This document shows positions 1-10,442 of a stretch of DNA of 64,000 nucleotides, in pieces. Positions within the stretch are counted from its first letter, which is position 1, and every line of letters begins with the position of its first letter. A program made the position numbers and the translations under genes. Under the pieces are notes generated by a model that was not told where the DNA came from, ran no database searches, and saw nothing but the letters and a program-made list of their open reading frames with translations. Source of the DNA: a virus. The DNA is taken from the IMG/VR virus record IMGVR_UViG_3300044675_005584, positions 1 through 64,000 of that record. One strand, given 5' to 3'.

Positions 1-4
1 CAGA

Positions 5-349
5 TCACACATCTGGTTCAAGATCTCCCGGACGCCAGGTCAGATCAGTCTTGACTATCTCGATCACACAGTTCTGACACACAGTTTTCAAATTACGCAC
101 AGTAACATTGTTCATGTTGCCATCCACATGATATACCAGCAACTGGGTGCCATACTTGGCTCGGAAGCTACATCTATCACAGGCAACTTTTTTCTTGTAA
201 CCCGAGCTTTTCCAGCGTGGAACTGCGGCTTTTTGCTGTAGACTTTTTCTGATACACACCGTGCATCGGCTACGATAGTATATTTTATCATAGCGATGAT
301 AGGCCACTGCACGTGGCCGTTGCTTGCAGATAGCACAGATGGGTCTCAT
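5..349 (-). CDS. Zn-ribbon/HNH-like small protein
   Basis: Several CxxC pairs and an HVDGNMNN...NLKTVCQNC HNH-like core; preceded by TAAGTA-N4-ATG on the minus strand. Confidence 0.6.
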   Translation of the reverse strand: MRPICAICKQRPRAVAYHRYDKIYYRSRCTVCIRKSLQQKAAVPRWKSSGYKKKVACDRCSFRAKYGTQLLVYHVDGNMNNVTVRNLKTVCQNCVIEIVKTDLTWRPGDLEPDV

Positions 350-445
350 ACTGTACTTATGAGCATGGGCCTATATATAGGCCATCAACTACCAATCTTT
401 TAGGCCCATGCCATAAATATCTATACTAGAAAAAAGGATTTTGAT

Positions 446-3400
446 ATGGCCCTAACATCCCCCGGCGTAGAAGTAACCATAATTGATCAGAGCAATTATG
501 TTCCTGGCGCTACCAATTCGGTACCGTTTATTTTGTTGGCAACAGCACAGAACAAAATTTCTGGCGCTGGCGTTGGTGTAGCCTCAGGCACACTGGCTGT
601 CAATGCAAACAAGACTTTCTTAATGACCAGTCAGCGCGACTTGTTGAGCACGTTTGGCGTGCCGTTCTTTTACAATACCACAGCAGGTACTCCGATCAAC
701 GGATACGAGCTTAATGAATATGGCCTGTTAGCCGCTTACTCGGCATTGGGCATTACCAATCAATGCTATGTGCAACGAGTAGACGTGGACTTGGCTGCCT
801 TAACTGCCAGTCTAACTAGACCGTTGGGTGCTCCTGACAACAATACCTACTGGCTGGATACTACCAACACTGCTTGGGGAATTTTTGAGTGGAATTTGAC
901 CACTGGTGCATTTACCAATAAGGTTCCGCTGGTGATCACAGACACAGCTGATCTAGAAACTGCCAGTGTGGTGCCACTACAAAGTATTGGCAGCATAGGT
1001 GACTACGCAGTCACAACCGGTCAAACACAAACTGCCAACGTGGCTGGCGCCTTGCAAAATCCTGAATACTACAAGCGCGGTGGACCAACCAGCACACAAA
1101 CAAGTTCAACCGCACTAAGTGATTTATACAACACCTGGGTTGATGTTGGTAGCGATGACTGGAAAACTGCCTGGCCCTCAATAAGCGGCACCTTGGCTCC
1201 TAGTACTCTTGTAGCAGCCAATTCAATCAGAATCAACAACACCAACACTGTAGCAGTACCAGCCTCAGCAAACAACACGCCTACCGGACTTTCTGCTGCT
1301 ATCAACACTGCCAACATAGCTGGTGTTTACTCGGCTGTAATTGGCGGAGCCATGTTTGTGTATGCTGACAGCACTTCAACCGGATTTAACGGCACTGTGT
1401 CAGCAGGTGTAGCCAATGTTACCACTGGCATAGCCACATTGACATTTACCAACACAGGTAATGCTGTACCAACACCGTATGCTGTGGGCAGTACAATCAC
1501 AGTAGCAGGCACAGACAGTAGTAACTATAACGGATCTTATGTGGTTACTGCATCTACAAATATTTCAGTGAGTTTTAGCTTTGATGGGGCCAACGTGGCC
1601 ACAGGCAACGGCCTTATAACCAGTAGTGGCACTGTGTCCATAAACAATGTGACCGGCACACCATTAGCCTCACTGGGCATCACAGCAGGAGCATATTCAA
1701 CACCAACCTATTTGGCCAACCCCAGTTATCTAAACCCAAGATGGAACAGCAGCAACAGTTTTCCGCAACCAACTGGCTCAGTATGGCAAAAGACCAACAA
1801 TGTAAATCTAGGTACCAATCTTGTTGTCAAGAGATACAATGGCACACTGGGATTGTTTGTACAGCAGGCCTGTCCGGTATATGCTACCAACGAAGCAGCC
1901 TTGTATGCGCTGGATCCTGCAGGCGGTGGCTTGAATATTTCAGCCGGCAGTACCTATGCTCAAGTTGATCCATACGGCAACACCACTGGTGGCTTTATGT
2001 TGTTCAGCAGATACGTGGCTGGACCAACCAATATTACTGGCTACACAGTACCAGGAACATTTACAAGCAGTGAGACATTCACTATCAGTGCCAGCGAAAG
2101 CGGCAGCAGTGTGTTGAACACTGCCACAGCAACCTTGACAGGAACTTCAGTAGAAGACTTTATTGCGGCAGTCAGTGCTGCAGCAGTCCCTTATGTGAGT
2201 GCTTCGATAGACAGTTCAGGATTTGTAGTGTTTACACACAGCCAAGGCGGTGATATACAACTATTAGATGTCACAGGTACTCCGGTAGCAGATGCAGGCT
2301 TTGCAATTGGACAAAACATTGTGGGACTGACCTTGCTCAACGTTACTGGTCCAACACTGGTTCTCAGCAACTGGGTCAGCTATCCAACATTCAGTTATAC
2401 CAGCAGTGACACAGCACCTGATCAAGATCCAGCAAATGGTACCTACTGGTACTATAGTGATCCTACACAAGTGGATATCATGATCCAGGATGGCGGAAGA
2501 TGGCAAGGTTATCAGAATGTGACCAGCGACATACGTGGTTATGACCTTAGCATAACCAACGCTACCGGTCCTATTATCAGTGCCACAGCACCAACCACAC
2601 AGACCGACACAGCAGAAAGTCCACTAGAACTGGGCGATCTCTGGATTGACACCAGTAATCTTGAATTGTACCCAGTGATTTATCGTTGGGAATCTGTGGA
2701 CGGAGTTGAACAGTGGGTTGAAATTGACAACAGCAATCAGACCACACAGAATGGTGTGCTGTTTGCTGATGCCAGATGGGCACCAAATGGTACCACAGAT
2801 CCTGTGGCCGATCCATTGCCTACCATAATCAGCTTGCTGACCAGCGATTATCTTGATCCTGATGCAGTCAGTCCAAGCCTGTATCCAGAAGGTATCCTGT
2901 TGTTTAACACTCGCAGAAGTGGGTTCAATGTGAAAACATTCCAGAGCAATTACTTCAATGCCACAGATTATCCAGCGTATCCTTGGAGTAGCACTACCAC
3001 TTACAGTATCGGTAATTTGGTCACAGTGGCCAGTATAACCTACATCAGTTTGGCCGACAACAACTTTAACAACGCTGTGGGTACCAATGCATTTTGGACT
3101 CCGATTACAGTGACCAACACCTGGTTGACTGCCAGTGGCAATCGAGCAGATGGCAGTCCATACATGGGTCGTCAGGCACAACGTAGCATAATCAATCAGG
3201 CCTTGCGTGCTGGTATTGACAGCAACACCGTGATTAGAGAAGAACAAAACCAGTTTAACTTGATTGCATGCCCGGCATATCCTGAGTTGGCCCCCAATTT
3301 GGCCTTGCTCAATGCCGACCGTGGAGAAACTGCATTTGTGGTAGTAGACACTCCGTTGAGATTGACACCGCAAGAAGTTGTAACTTGGGCAACCAACAAC

Positions 3401-4108
3401 AACGGACTGGGTGTGATCACAGGTGACGGTAATCTAAACGCTGGTGATTCTTATGCGGCTGCTTTCTATCCAAGCTGTACTACTAATGACCTTAGTGGTA
3501 ACTTGGTAGTAACTGCACCAAGTCACATGATGTTGCGTACAATTATTCGCAGTGATGAAGTTAGTTTTCCATGGCTAGCACCAGCTGGCACACGACGCGG
3601 TGTAGTAGACAATGCCACACAGATTGGTTATTTGAATGCACAAACTGGTGAATTTGAACCTCTGGGTGTGAGCCAAGGCTTGCGTGATGTGTTGTATCAA
3701 AACAATGTGAATCCAATCACGTTCATTCCGGGTGTGGGTATTACCAACTTTGGTAATCATACACTGCAAGGCACAACTACAGCACTGGATCGTATCAATG
3801 TGGCCAGACTGGTAGCGTTCCTGCGTGCCAGACTAGCAGAAATTGGAAAAACATATCTGTTTGAACCAAATGACACAATTACACGCCAGCAGATAACCAA
3901 TGCAATTACCAACTTGATGATCGATCTTGTGGCCAAGCGAGGTATCTATGATTACTTGGTTGTGTGCGATCTTTCAAACAACACACCAGCCAGAATTGAT
4001 GCCAACGAACTGTATGTTGACATCGCAATTGAGCCAGTGAAAGCCGTGGAGTTTATCTACATACCAGTACGTATACAAAACACAGGCACTATTGGTGCAA
4101 CGGTATAA
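446..4108 (+). CDS. Contractile tail sheath protein (T4 gp18-like) with large insertions
   Basis: N-terminal SPGVEVTIID; C-terminal PWLAPAGTRRG, NVNPI, DRINVARL, FEPND, IAIEPVKAVEFIYIP sheath motifs; AAGGA RBS. Confidence 0.93.
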   Translation: MALTSPGVEVTIIDQSNYVPGATNSVPFILLATAQNKISGAGVGVASGTLAVNANKTFLMTSQRDLLSTFGVPFFYNTTAGTPINGYELNEYGLLAAYSALGITNQCYVQRVDVDLAALTASLTRPLGAPDNNTYWLDTTNTAWGIFEWNLTTGAFTNKVPLVITDTADLETASVVPLQSIGSIGDYAVTTGQTQTANVAGALQNPEYYKRGGPTSTQTSSTALSDLYNTWVDVGSDDWKTAWPSISGTLAPSTLVAANSIRINNTNTVAVPASANNTPTGLSAAINTANIAGVYSAVIGGAMFVYADSTSTGFNGTVSAGVANVTTGIATLTFTNTGNAVPTPYAVGSTITVAGTDSSNYNGSYVVTASTNISVSFSFDGANVATGNGLITSSGTVSINNVTGTPLASLGITAGAYSTPTYLANPSYLNPRWNSSNSFPQPTGSVWQKTNNVNLGTNLVVKRYNGTLGLFVQQACPVYATNEAALYALDPAGGGLNISAGSTYAQVDPYGNTTGGFMLFSRYVAGPTNITGYTVPGTFTSSETFTISASESGSSVLNTATATLTGTSVEDFIAAVSAAAVPYVSASIDSSGFVVFTHSQGGDIQLLDVTGTPVADAGFAIGQNIVGLTLLNVTGPTLVLSNWVSYPTFSYTSSDTAPDQDPANGTYWYYSDPTQVDIMIQDGGRWQGYQNVTSDIRGYDLSITNATGPIISATAPTTQTDTAESPLELGDLWIDTSNLELYPVIYRWESVDGVEQWVEIDNSNQTTQNGVLFADARWAPNGTTDPVADPLPTIISLLTSDYLDPDAVSPSLYPEGILLFNTRRSGFNVKTFQSNYFNATDYPAYPWSSTTTYSIGNLVTVASITYISLADNNFNNAVGTNAFWTPITVTNTWLTASGNRADGSPYMGRQAQRSIINQALRAGIDSNTVIREEQNQFNLIACPAYPELAPNLALLNADRGETAFVVVDTPLRLTPQEVVTWATNNNGLGVITGDGNLNAGDSYAAAFYPSCTTNDLSGNLVVTAPSHMMLRTIIRSDEVSFPWLAPAGTRRGVVDNATQIGYLNAQTGEFEPLGVSQGLRDVLYQNNVNPITFIPGVGITNFGNHTLQGTTTALDRINVARLVAFLRARLAEIGKTYLFEPNDTITRQQITNAITNLMIDLVAKRGIYDYLVVCDLSNNTPARIDANELYVDIAIEPVKAVEFIYIPVRIQNTGTIGATV

Positions 4109-4173
4109 TGTGTCGGGACAAAAATGTCCCGGCTCATTGCCATAAATAAAAGCATAACAGGAGATTAGACAAA

Positions 4174-4785
4174 ATGCCTTCATCATTATTAAATATGACC
4201 GTACCGTTTGGTGACGGGGGTCAGGGATTGTTGATGCCCAAACTGAAGTATCGCTTTAGAGTGAGCTTTCAGAATTTTGGAGTATCAAGCCCAGTAACTG
4301 AATTGACCAAGCAGGTGGTGGATTTTCAACGGCCAAATGTGACCTTTGACAACATTGATCTTCCTGTCTACAACAGCACAATCAAATTGGCTGGAAAATA
4401 CACCTGGAATGATATCACCTGCAATCTACGTGATGACGCAGGTGGCAATGTGACCCGATTGGTTGGCGAACAACTACAGAAGCAACTGGACTTTGCTGAA
4501 ATGAGTTCAGCCAGTGCCGGTAATGATTATAAATTTACCACAGTATTTGAAGTGCTCGACGGTGGTAATGGAGCCAACGTTCCAATTGCTCTTGAAACTT
4601 GGGAAATCTACGGTTGTTATCTACAAGGTGTCAACTACGGCGACATGAACTATGGCTCCAACGAAGCGGCGCAGATCGCCTTGACCATTAGATTTGACAA
4701 TGCCCTACAAACCCCACCAGGATCTGGTGTTGGAGCGGCTATTGGTCGTACTCTAGGTGACGTGGCCACAGGTGTTGGTGTATAA
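4174..4785 (+). CDS. Tail tube protein (gp19-like)
   Basis: Directly after sheath; PKLKYRFRV, KLAGKYTWNDIT, WEIYGCY, LTIRFDNA typical of tube proteins. Confidence 0.85.
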   Translation: MPSSLLNMTVPFGDGGQGLLMPKLKYRFRVSFQNFGVSSPVTELTKQVVDFQRPNVTFDNIDLPVYNSTIKLAGKYTWNDITCNLRDDAGGNVTRLVGEQLQKQLDFAEMSSASAGNDYKFTTVFEVLDGGNGANVPIALETWEIYGCYLQGVNYGDMNYGSNEAAQIALTIRFDNALQTPPGSGVGAAIGRTLGDVATGVGV

Positions 4786-4800
4786 CAATCCAGATCTGAC

Positions 4801-6027
4801 ATGAATCTAGGCTCGTTTGGCCAGAACATACTACAGGGATTTGTTGGAGTCAACGGACTTCGTGATTACACCCATGCTAGTAAAACGTTCAGGAGCAACA
4901 ACTATGAACTGACACCCAGGACAAAGTTCCTATTTCATTGTTATTTCAACATAAACACTGGACAAATTCCAGCGTTGGCCAAGGCGTTTGCCAACAACGA
5001 TGTGGCCAGTATAGGACTCATGGTCAAAACTACAGATCTGCCCAGTTACCAGATCACCAACGAAACACTAAATCAATACAATCGCAAGAGAATTGTCCAG
5101 ACCAAGATAAACTATTCTCCGGTCACGATCACCCTGCATGATGATCAAAGCGATCTCATACGCAATCTCTGGTACAACTACTATACCTATTATTACAAAG
5201 ACAGCACATATGGTTATAATAATATACCCAATCAATCAGGCAGTCTAGGACCTTCTGCTACCTTGCAAAACGGGTTTGGATACGGCACACGCGACACCTA
5301 CAGTGGCAGACAAAACACTGACTGGGGCTATATTGGCGAAGGCTATGCTGACACCAGTCCAGGCACAGCCTCAGGTAACAATGATGGCAAGCCCAGATTT
5401 TTCAATGATATAACCATATATGGTCTGGCACAAAAACGTTTTGCCAGTTATACCTTGATCAATCCCATCATCACAGATTGGAAAAGTGATCAATATGACT
5501 ACAGTCAAGGCGCTGGAACCATGGCTCATACCTTGACTGTGGCCTACGAAACTGTGAAATATCAGAGTGGTACCATCGGTGGTTCTCAACCCAGCACCAG
5601 CGTGCCAGGATTTGCTGATCCAGCACATTACGATTCTACCAAGAGCTCGTTGTCAAGACCCGGCGGAACAAACTCAGTGTTTGGTCAAGGTGGACTCGTT
5701 GATGCATTTGCTGGTGGTGTTGAAGATCTACAAGCCTTGAGAGGTCCGCATGGTGGATTACAAAATGTTATCGGTGCAGTACAAACAGCAGGCACAGCCT
5801 ACAACACATTTAAAAATTCAAATCTTGGACAGATTGCCGGAGCCGAAGCCAGAGCCGGAGCCAAAAGTGTACTACAACAAGGCCTGGCCGGCAGTGTGCG
5901 ACAAGCAGTCAACGCCGGCAATGGTCAGTTTTTTCCAAAAGCACCAATCGATGATGCTACTGGGCGACGTAGTAATATTTTATCTACCGCAGGTGTGCCA
6001 ACTGTGCGATCTCAGATTGGATTATGA
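4801..6027 (+). CDS. Tube-like baseplate/tail tube initiator protein
   Basis: DLPSYQITNETLNQYNRKRIVQTKINYSPVTITLHDD tube-fold-like segment; position after tube gene. Confidence 0.55.
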   Translation: MNLGSFGQNILQGFVGVNGLRDYTHASKTFRSNNYELTPRTKFLFHCYFNINTGQIPALAKAFANNDVASIGLMVKTTDLPSYQITNETLNQYNRKRIVQTKINYSPVTITLHDDQSDLIRNLWYNYYTYYYKDSTYGYNNIPNQSGSLGPSATLQNGFGYGTRDTYSGRQNTDWGYIGEGYADTSPGTASGNNDGKPRFFNDITIYGLAQKRFASYTLINPIITDWKSDQYDYSQGAGTMAHTLTVAYETVKYQSGTIGGSQPSTSVPGFADPAHYDSTKSSLSRPGGTNSVFGQGGLVDAFAGGVEDLQALRGPHGGLQNVIGAVQTAGTAYNTFKNSNLGQIAGAEARAGAKSVLQQGLAGSVRQAVNAGNGQFFPKAPIDDATGRRSNILSTAGVPTVRSQIGL

Positions 6028-6030
6028 TCC

Positions 6031-6390
6031 ATGGGTACTGTAAACTATTCTGATCCCAAAACTGATCTATCAGTTAGAATTTTTGATAGATTCTACGGAT
6101 ACGAAGTGAGTGTGCCGGTTGATGCCTATGATGCAGTACGCAGCTACTTTAGCAGTGTGTTCGGCACCGGGGAAGCTGCTGATAATTTTGCAGTGACCTT
6201 GTTCCGTGTGGCCGAGACCAGTGAAATTCCAGTCATGACCCTGTTGCAACAGATTCGAGGACAGACCGGTCCTGACTTGACCTTGACCTTGGCCTACTAT
6301 CTGAACGGTACTAGAAGCAACAGTACCTTGTTAGGACTGAACGTGGCCACAACGCCTAACTTCTACGTGGCACACAACATCCGTAACTGA
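6031..6390 (+). CDS. Hypothetical structural-module protein
   Basis: 119-aa ORF tightly packed in operon. Confidence 0.5.
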   Translation: MGTVNYSDPKTDLSVRIFDRFYGYEVSVPVDAYDAVRSYFSSVFGTGEAADNFAVTLFRVAETSEIPVMTLLQQIRGQTGPDLTLTLAYYLNGTRSNSTLLGLNVATTPNFYVAHNIRN

Positions 6391-6398
6391 AAACTGCC

Positions 6399-6842
6399 AT
6401 GGCCAACTTTAGACAAGGCATATACATTCCACAAAATCCACAGAAGTACGTGGGCCGCGGCAATATAAAATACAGATCTGGATGGGAAATGACTTTCATG
6501 ATGTTCCTGGACAGCAACGACAACGTGCTACAATGGGCCAGCGAAAGCATTAGAATTCCTTACAGACATCCCCTAACCGGCAAGATGACCAACTATGTGC
6601 CAGACTTCCTGGTCACATATCGCGGTCCAAACAATACCACTGTGGCTGAACTGATAGAAATCAAACCCAAGAAACAAAGCCTGCTTGAAAGCAAAATGAA
6701 CGACCGTGATAGAGCCATTGTGGCTGTTAACTACTGCAAATGGGATGCCGCGACCAAATGGGCCAAGGCACAAGGTCTACGTTTTCGCGTAGTGACAGAG
6801 GATGATATATTTCACCAAGGTAACAAAAAACGCGGTAAATAG
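6399..6842 (+). CDS. Head completion nuclease (T4 gp4-like, TnsA N-terminal PD-(D/E)xK fold)
   Basis: YRSGWE, WASE, YVPDF, IEIKP, KWDAA, FRVVTE motifs. Confidence 0.85.
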   Translation: MANFRQGIYIPQNPQKYVGRGNIKYRSGWEMTFMMFLDSNDNVLQWASESIRIPYRHPLTGKMTNYVPDFLVTYRGPNNTTVAELIEIKPKKQSLLESKMNDRDRAIVAVNYCKWDAATKWAKAQGLRFRVVTEDDIFHQGNKKRGK

Positions 6843-6845
6843 GGT

Positions 6846-7337
6846 ATGACAAAGAAATTAGAAGAGCTGTTTGAATTTGACCGACTTGAAACAGCCGAAG
6901 AATCTGATACTCCAGTTCTCACAGTAGAACAGACCCGTGCCGCTATTGTGGCAATTGATACCAACATAGACAAGATTGACCTGGCCCTGCCGGCTGTGCG
7001 TGATCTTGATGCCAGTGATCGTGAACTGGATGAACTGGCTGATCTGGCCAAACAAAGCTATCAAGACCTTAGTGATCTTGGCATGAATGTAGACTCACGT
7101 TTTGCCGCTGAACTGTTTGCAGTAGCTGGCACCATGCTGGGACATGCTCTTGTTGCCAAAACTACCAAACTGAACAAAAAACTAAAGATGATTGATCTAC
7201 AGTTGAAAAAAGCCCGACTGGATCAACAGGCACCTAACACTGAACTGTTGCCCACAGCCGAAGGGCAAATACTAAGCCGCAACGATTTATTGGAACGCCT
7301 AATAGGCTCAAGAGATCAAAAAGACAAAAGTTCATAA
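6846..7337 (+). CDS. Helical protein, possible terminase small subunit
   Basis: Coiled-coil content and C-terminal SRNDLL reminiscent of T4 gp16-like proteins; inference only. Confidence 0.4.
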   Translation: MTKKLEELFEFDRLETAEESDTPVLTVEQTRAAIVAIDTNIDKIDLALPAVRDLDASDRELDELADLAKQSYQDLSDLGMNVDSRFAAELFAVAGTMLGHALVAKTTKLNKKLKMIDLQLKKARLDQQAPNTELLPTAEGQILSRNDLLERLIGSRDQKDKSS

Positions 7338-7358
7338 ATATCATATAGGGAAAAAAGT

Positions 7359-7967
7359 ATGAAAAAATTTCAAGAATACCTCGCTGAATCAGAAAGAACC
7401 TACAATTATCGTATCAAGATCGTGGGCGACACTCCTCCAAATTTCTTAAAAGATATGGAAGAGAAACTCAAACAGTTTGATATCGTCAAGATCTCAGCAC
7501 CCAAGACCACACCAGTGCAGGCCAAGCCTGCAGACTTTCCAGCTTTTGATAACGAGCGTGTGACACATGTGGATGTGGAGTTCCGTTATCCAGCTATTGA
7601 GCCACAGATCCAACAGATCGCACAGTTGTTGATGTTTGATCCTAACCGAATCAGAATGCTTACAACTCCATATGAAAATAGCATGGATCAAGAGCGTGCA
7701 GAAGTAGAAGCTCAAAATAAAAATCTCTTGACTGATACAGATTTTCCTGCACCAAACCGAGAACAAAAAGCCTTGTACAAAGACTACAGTGCTGAATACA
7801 ACAATCATGCTGTGCTTAAAAATGCTTACCGCAGTGACTTTACTGTGGCTGGTGGCAAGACACCACCTGCACAAACCACAAACGATTTGCCAATGGGAAA
7901 CAAAAGTCCAATGAGCAAGATCAAGTTACCACCTAGGCCAGCAACTGGCAACAAACCAAGAGGATAA
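7359..7967 (+). CDS. Putative internal head/prohead protein with capsid-targeting-like N-terminus
   Basis: Starts MKKFQEYLAES (compare T4 IPIII CTS MKTYQEFIAE); TAAATA late promoter upstream. Confidence 0.55.
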   Translation: MKKFQEYLAESERTYNYRIKIVGDTPPNFLKDMEEKLKQFDIVKISAPKTTPVQAKPADFPAFDNERVTHVDVEFRYPAIEPQIQQIAQLLMFDPNRIRMLTTPYENSMDQERAEVEAQNKNLLTDTDFPAPNREQKALYKDYSAEYNNHAVLKNAYRSDFTVAGGKTPPAQTTNDLPMGNKSPMSKIKLPPRPATGNKPRG

Positions 7968-7970
7968 ACA

Positions 7971-9935
7971 ATGGATAATTTTTTCTACAACCTAAACAAA
8001 AAGATGTCAGATTTGGCCAAACGCCAGGACCTGGCTGAAAGTGCTGTTACTGAACGTGACATGGGCAAACACAATAATGCCACAACTGGATTCAAGGCCT
8101 TGGCCAAGAAAGCTGGAGACAAATACGGAAGCAAAGCCGCAGGTGAACGTGTTGCTGGTGCTCAATTCCAGAAGATGAAAAAAGCTGGACAGTTGGAAGA
8201 AACCGACATGGACGAAAGTGCATTGCAAGCCTACATTGGCGATAAAAAGTATGGCCGTGATGGCATGGAAGCACTGCGTAAGGCCGGACGAGATGGTGCC
8301 AGCAAAGACAAAATGTCCAGCATCAGAAACAAATACAACAAGATGGACGAAGACGATGTAGAAGAAGGCAACCGGTTTGCTCATAATGTGCTCAAGGCCA
8401 AGGCTGCAGGAGTCAAGAAAGCCGATCTTGATGGTGACGGTGATATGGAAACAGTGCGCGAAGCTGACAAGCCAATGAGCCCTAAACAAAAATCATTTGC
8501 CAAACTGGCACCTCCCGCAGATAAAATCACTTTTGCTGACAAGATTGCTGGCGCTAAAAAAGAAGTTGATGAGATGTTGGGCGACGTAGCAGCCACAGCA
8601 ATGAAAAATGCAGTTGCTCCAAGAAAGAATCAAGATGCCATGGCCGGCAAGCAAGATCTAAAAAGACCCAGCAAAGAAACTCCATTGAAGAATGTTGGCA
8701 AAGGATTGAAAGCATTTGTGCAAGGCAAAGACGAACCCATGGATGAGGAAAAGACTCAGGAGCCACGGAGCAAAGGCACAGCATTTGATCCTGATTATCA
8801 GGCTCAGGCAAAAAAAGAAAAAGAAGGAACCGGCAATTTTGACAAGAAAAAAATCAGCACTGGCACTGTTTACACTCGTCGACACAAGGATGACGAGGAA
8901 GAAGTCAAATCAGATGAACCAAAAGCCAAAGGTCGTCCAAAAGGTCCTGCCAAGGGTCCTGAGCGTGTGACAGCCAAGAGCTACAAGTACAAAGGTGGTC
9001 GTCCAGTAAAAGAAAATGACATCTCTATTGCTGACCGTGGCGAGTACGATCAAGAAGGCGACATGGCCAAGGAACAGTTACACACTATTAAATTGGCTGC
9101 AAGAGAACTGGCCAGTATTCTCAGCGACAATGAAAATTTACCAGAATGGGTACAAAGCAAAATCACCAAGGCCATGGACTATATTGACACAGCACGTGAT
9201 TACATGATAGCAACCAAGGCTGATCGAGAAACAATGGCTGAACGATCGGCGCGGCCAGTGCAAAAATCTGCCAAAGGTCGCAAACCAGATTTCTTGGATA
9301 TTGACGGCGACGGCGACAAAAAAGAGCCAATGAAAAAAGCAGTTGCCGACAAGAAAGAGAAAAAAGTCGCTGAAACAACCACAAGTGGTAGTGTGGCAAC
9401 AGCTCCAGAAACTAAAAAATCATCAGGCAGTATGCAGTTTGGCAAAGGTGTTTATGAAGGTGCCATTGCAGAAAGCTATCAAAAGAAATTGAATACAGTG
9501 CTTGCTGAAGCCATGAATGTGACTGTGACCATGAACAATCAAGATGACGGCAATCCTACCAAGACCATAAATGTCAGTGCTGATGGAGAAGATGCTGAGA
9601 AATTGGCAGAGATTTTAAAGTTGGCTGGCCTAGGCGGCCAATCTGGTGGATGTAGCTCATGTGGTCAGGCACCATGCGGTTGCCAAACCATGGACGAAGC
9701 CTACGGTGATACAACTGCTACCATGAATAGTCCAGACTACCCAACTGATACTGAAACCATCGACGGTGACGATCCATACCTACGCAGATTCAGCGGCGGT
9801 CTAAATGGTGCCAAGTCAACTGGTCAGACCACCATTCCGGTCATTGCCGGTCAAATGCGTAGAACAAGTACCATGGAAGAAAATGTGGAACTTGAGCGCA
9901 GTTTGTTTAACACTTGGAAAACGTACAAAGGCTAA
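7971..9935 (+). CDS. Putative prohead core/scaffold-like polyprotein
   Basis: Highly charged and low complexity; many (L/V/M)-x-E sites; two DxDGDGD EF-hand-like loops. Confidence 0.55.
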   Translation: MDNFFYNLNKKMSDLAKRQDLAESAVTERDMGKHNNATTGFKALAKKAGDKYGSKAAGERVAGAQFQKMKKAGQLEETDMDESALQAYIGDKKYGRDGMEALRKAGRDGASKDKMSSIRNKYNKMDEDDVEEGNRFAHNVLKAKAAGVKKADLDGDGDMETVREADKPMSPKQKSFAKLAPPADKITFADKIAGAKKEVDEMLGDVAATAMKNAVAPRKNQDAMAGKQDLKRPSKETPLKNVGKGLKAFVQGKDEPMDEEKTQEPRSKGTAFDPDYQAQAKKEKEGTGNFDKKKISTGTVYTRRHKDDEEEVKSDEPKAKGRPKGPAKGPERVTAKSYKYKGGRPVKENDISIADRGEYDQEGDMAKEQLHTIKLAARELASILSDNENLPEWVQSKITKAMDYIDTARDYMIATKADRETMAERSARPVQKSAKGRKPDFLDIDGDGDKKEPMKKAVADKKEKKVAETTTSGSVATAPETKKSSGSMQFGKGVYEGAIAESYQKKLNTVLAEAMNVTVTMNNQDDGNPTKTINVSADGEDAEKLAEILKLAGLGGQSGGCSSCGQAPCGCQTMDEAYGDTTATMNSPDYPTDTETIDGDDPYLRRFSGGLNGAKSTGQTTIPVIAGQMRRTSTMEENVELERSLFNTWKTYKG

Positions 9936-10426
9936 TGAAAACTCTTAAAGACTACATCACAGAAAGTGAAAACTGGATGCAGACTCCTGCCGAAGGTGAT
10001 AACTTTGGCATTGAATTGTCTGATGGCACCTTGATTGAATCTTATATCCTTGAGCTGGCAGATGACAGTATCCTACTTGATGCCACAGTAGATATAGTAA
10101 GTGTGTTAGAGTCCTGGAACTTGCTTAGTGAGCAGGAATCAGAAGACACAGTGATCCTGGAAACTCAGGATGACGACATGGACGAAGCCAAATACCAAGG
10201 TCGCGAAGTTCCGTTAGGAAAACCCATGAAGGGAGATGTAAAAAAATCCAAGGTGTATGTGCGAGATCCGTCAACAGGCAACATCAAAAAAGTAAACTTT
10301 GGTGATCCCAACATGCGTATCAAGAAAACCAGTCCTGCACGTAGGAAAAGTTTCAGAGCCAGACACAACTGTGCAAACCCGGGCCCTAGAACAAAGGCTC
10401 GATATTGGTCGTGCCGAGCTTGGTAA
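9935..10426 (+). CDS. Internal head protein-like, acidic N-half plus basic C-terminal domain
   Basis: ATG overlaps upstream TAA (TAATG); MKTLKDYITES start; C-terminal KKVNFGDPNM...SFRARHNC...ARYWSC domain seen in T4-like phages. Confidence 0.6.
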   Translation: MKTLKDYITESENWMQTPAEGDNFGIELSDGTLIESYILELADDSILLDATVDIVSVLESWNLLSEQESEDTVILETQDDDMDEAKYQGREVPLGKPMKGDVKKSKVYVRDPSTGNIKKVNFGDPNMRIKKTSPARRKSFRARHNCANPGPRTKARYWSCRAW

Positions 10427-10442
10427 TTAAAAGGAAAATAAA

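Noticed and set aside
6399-6842. TnsA transposase of a Tn7-like element
   Set aside because: No tnsBCD or terminal repeats; context and motifs match the T4 gp4 head-completion protein
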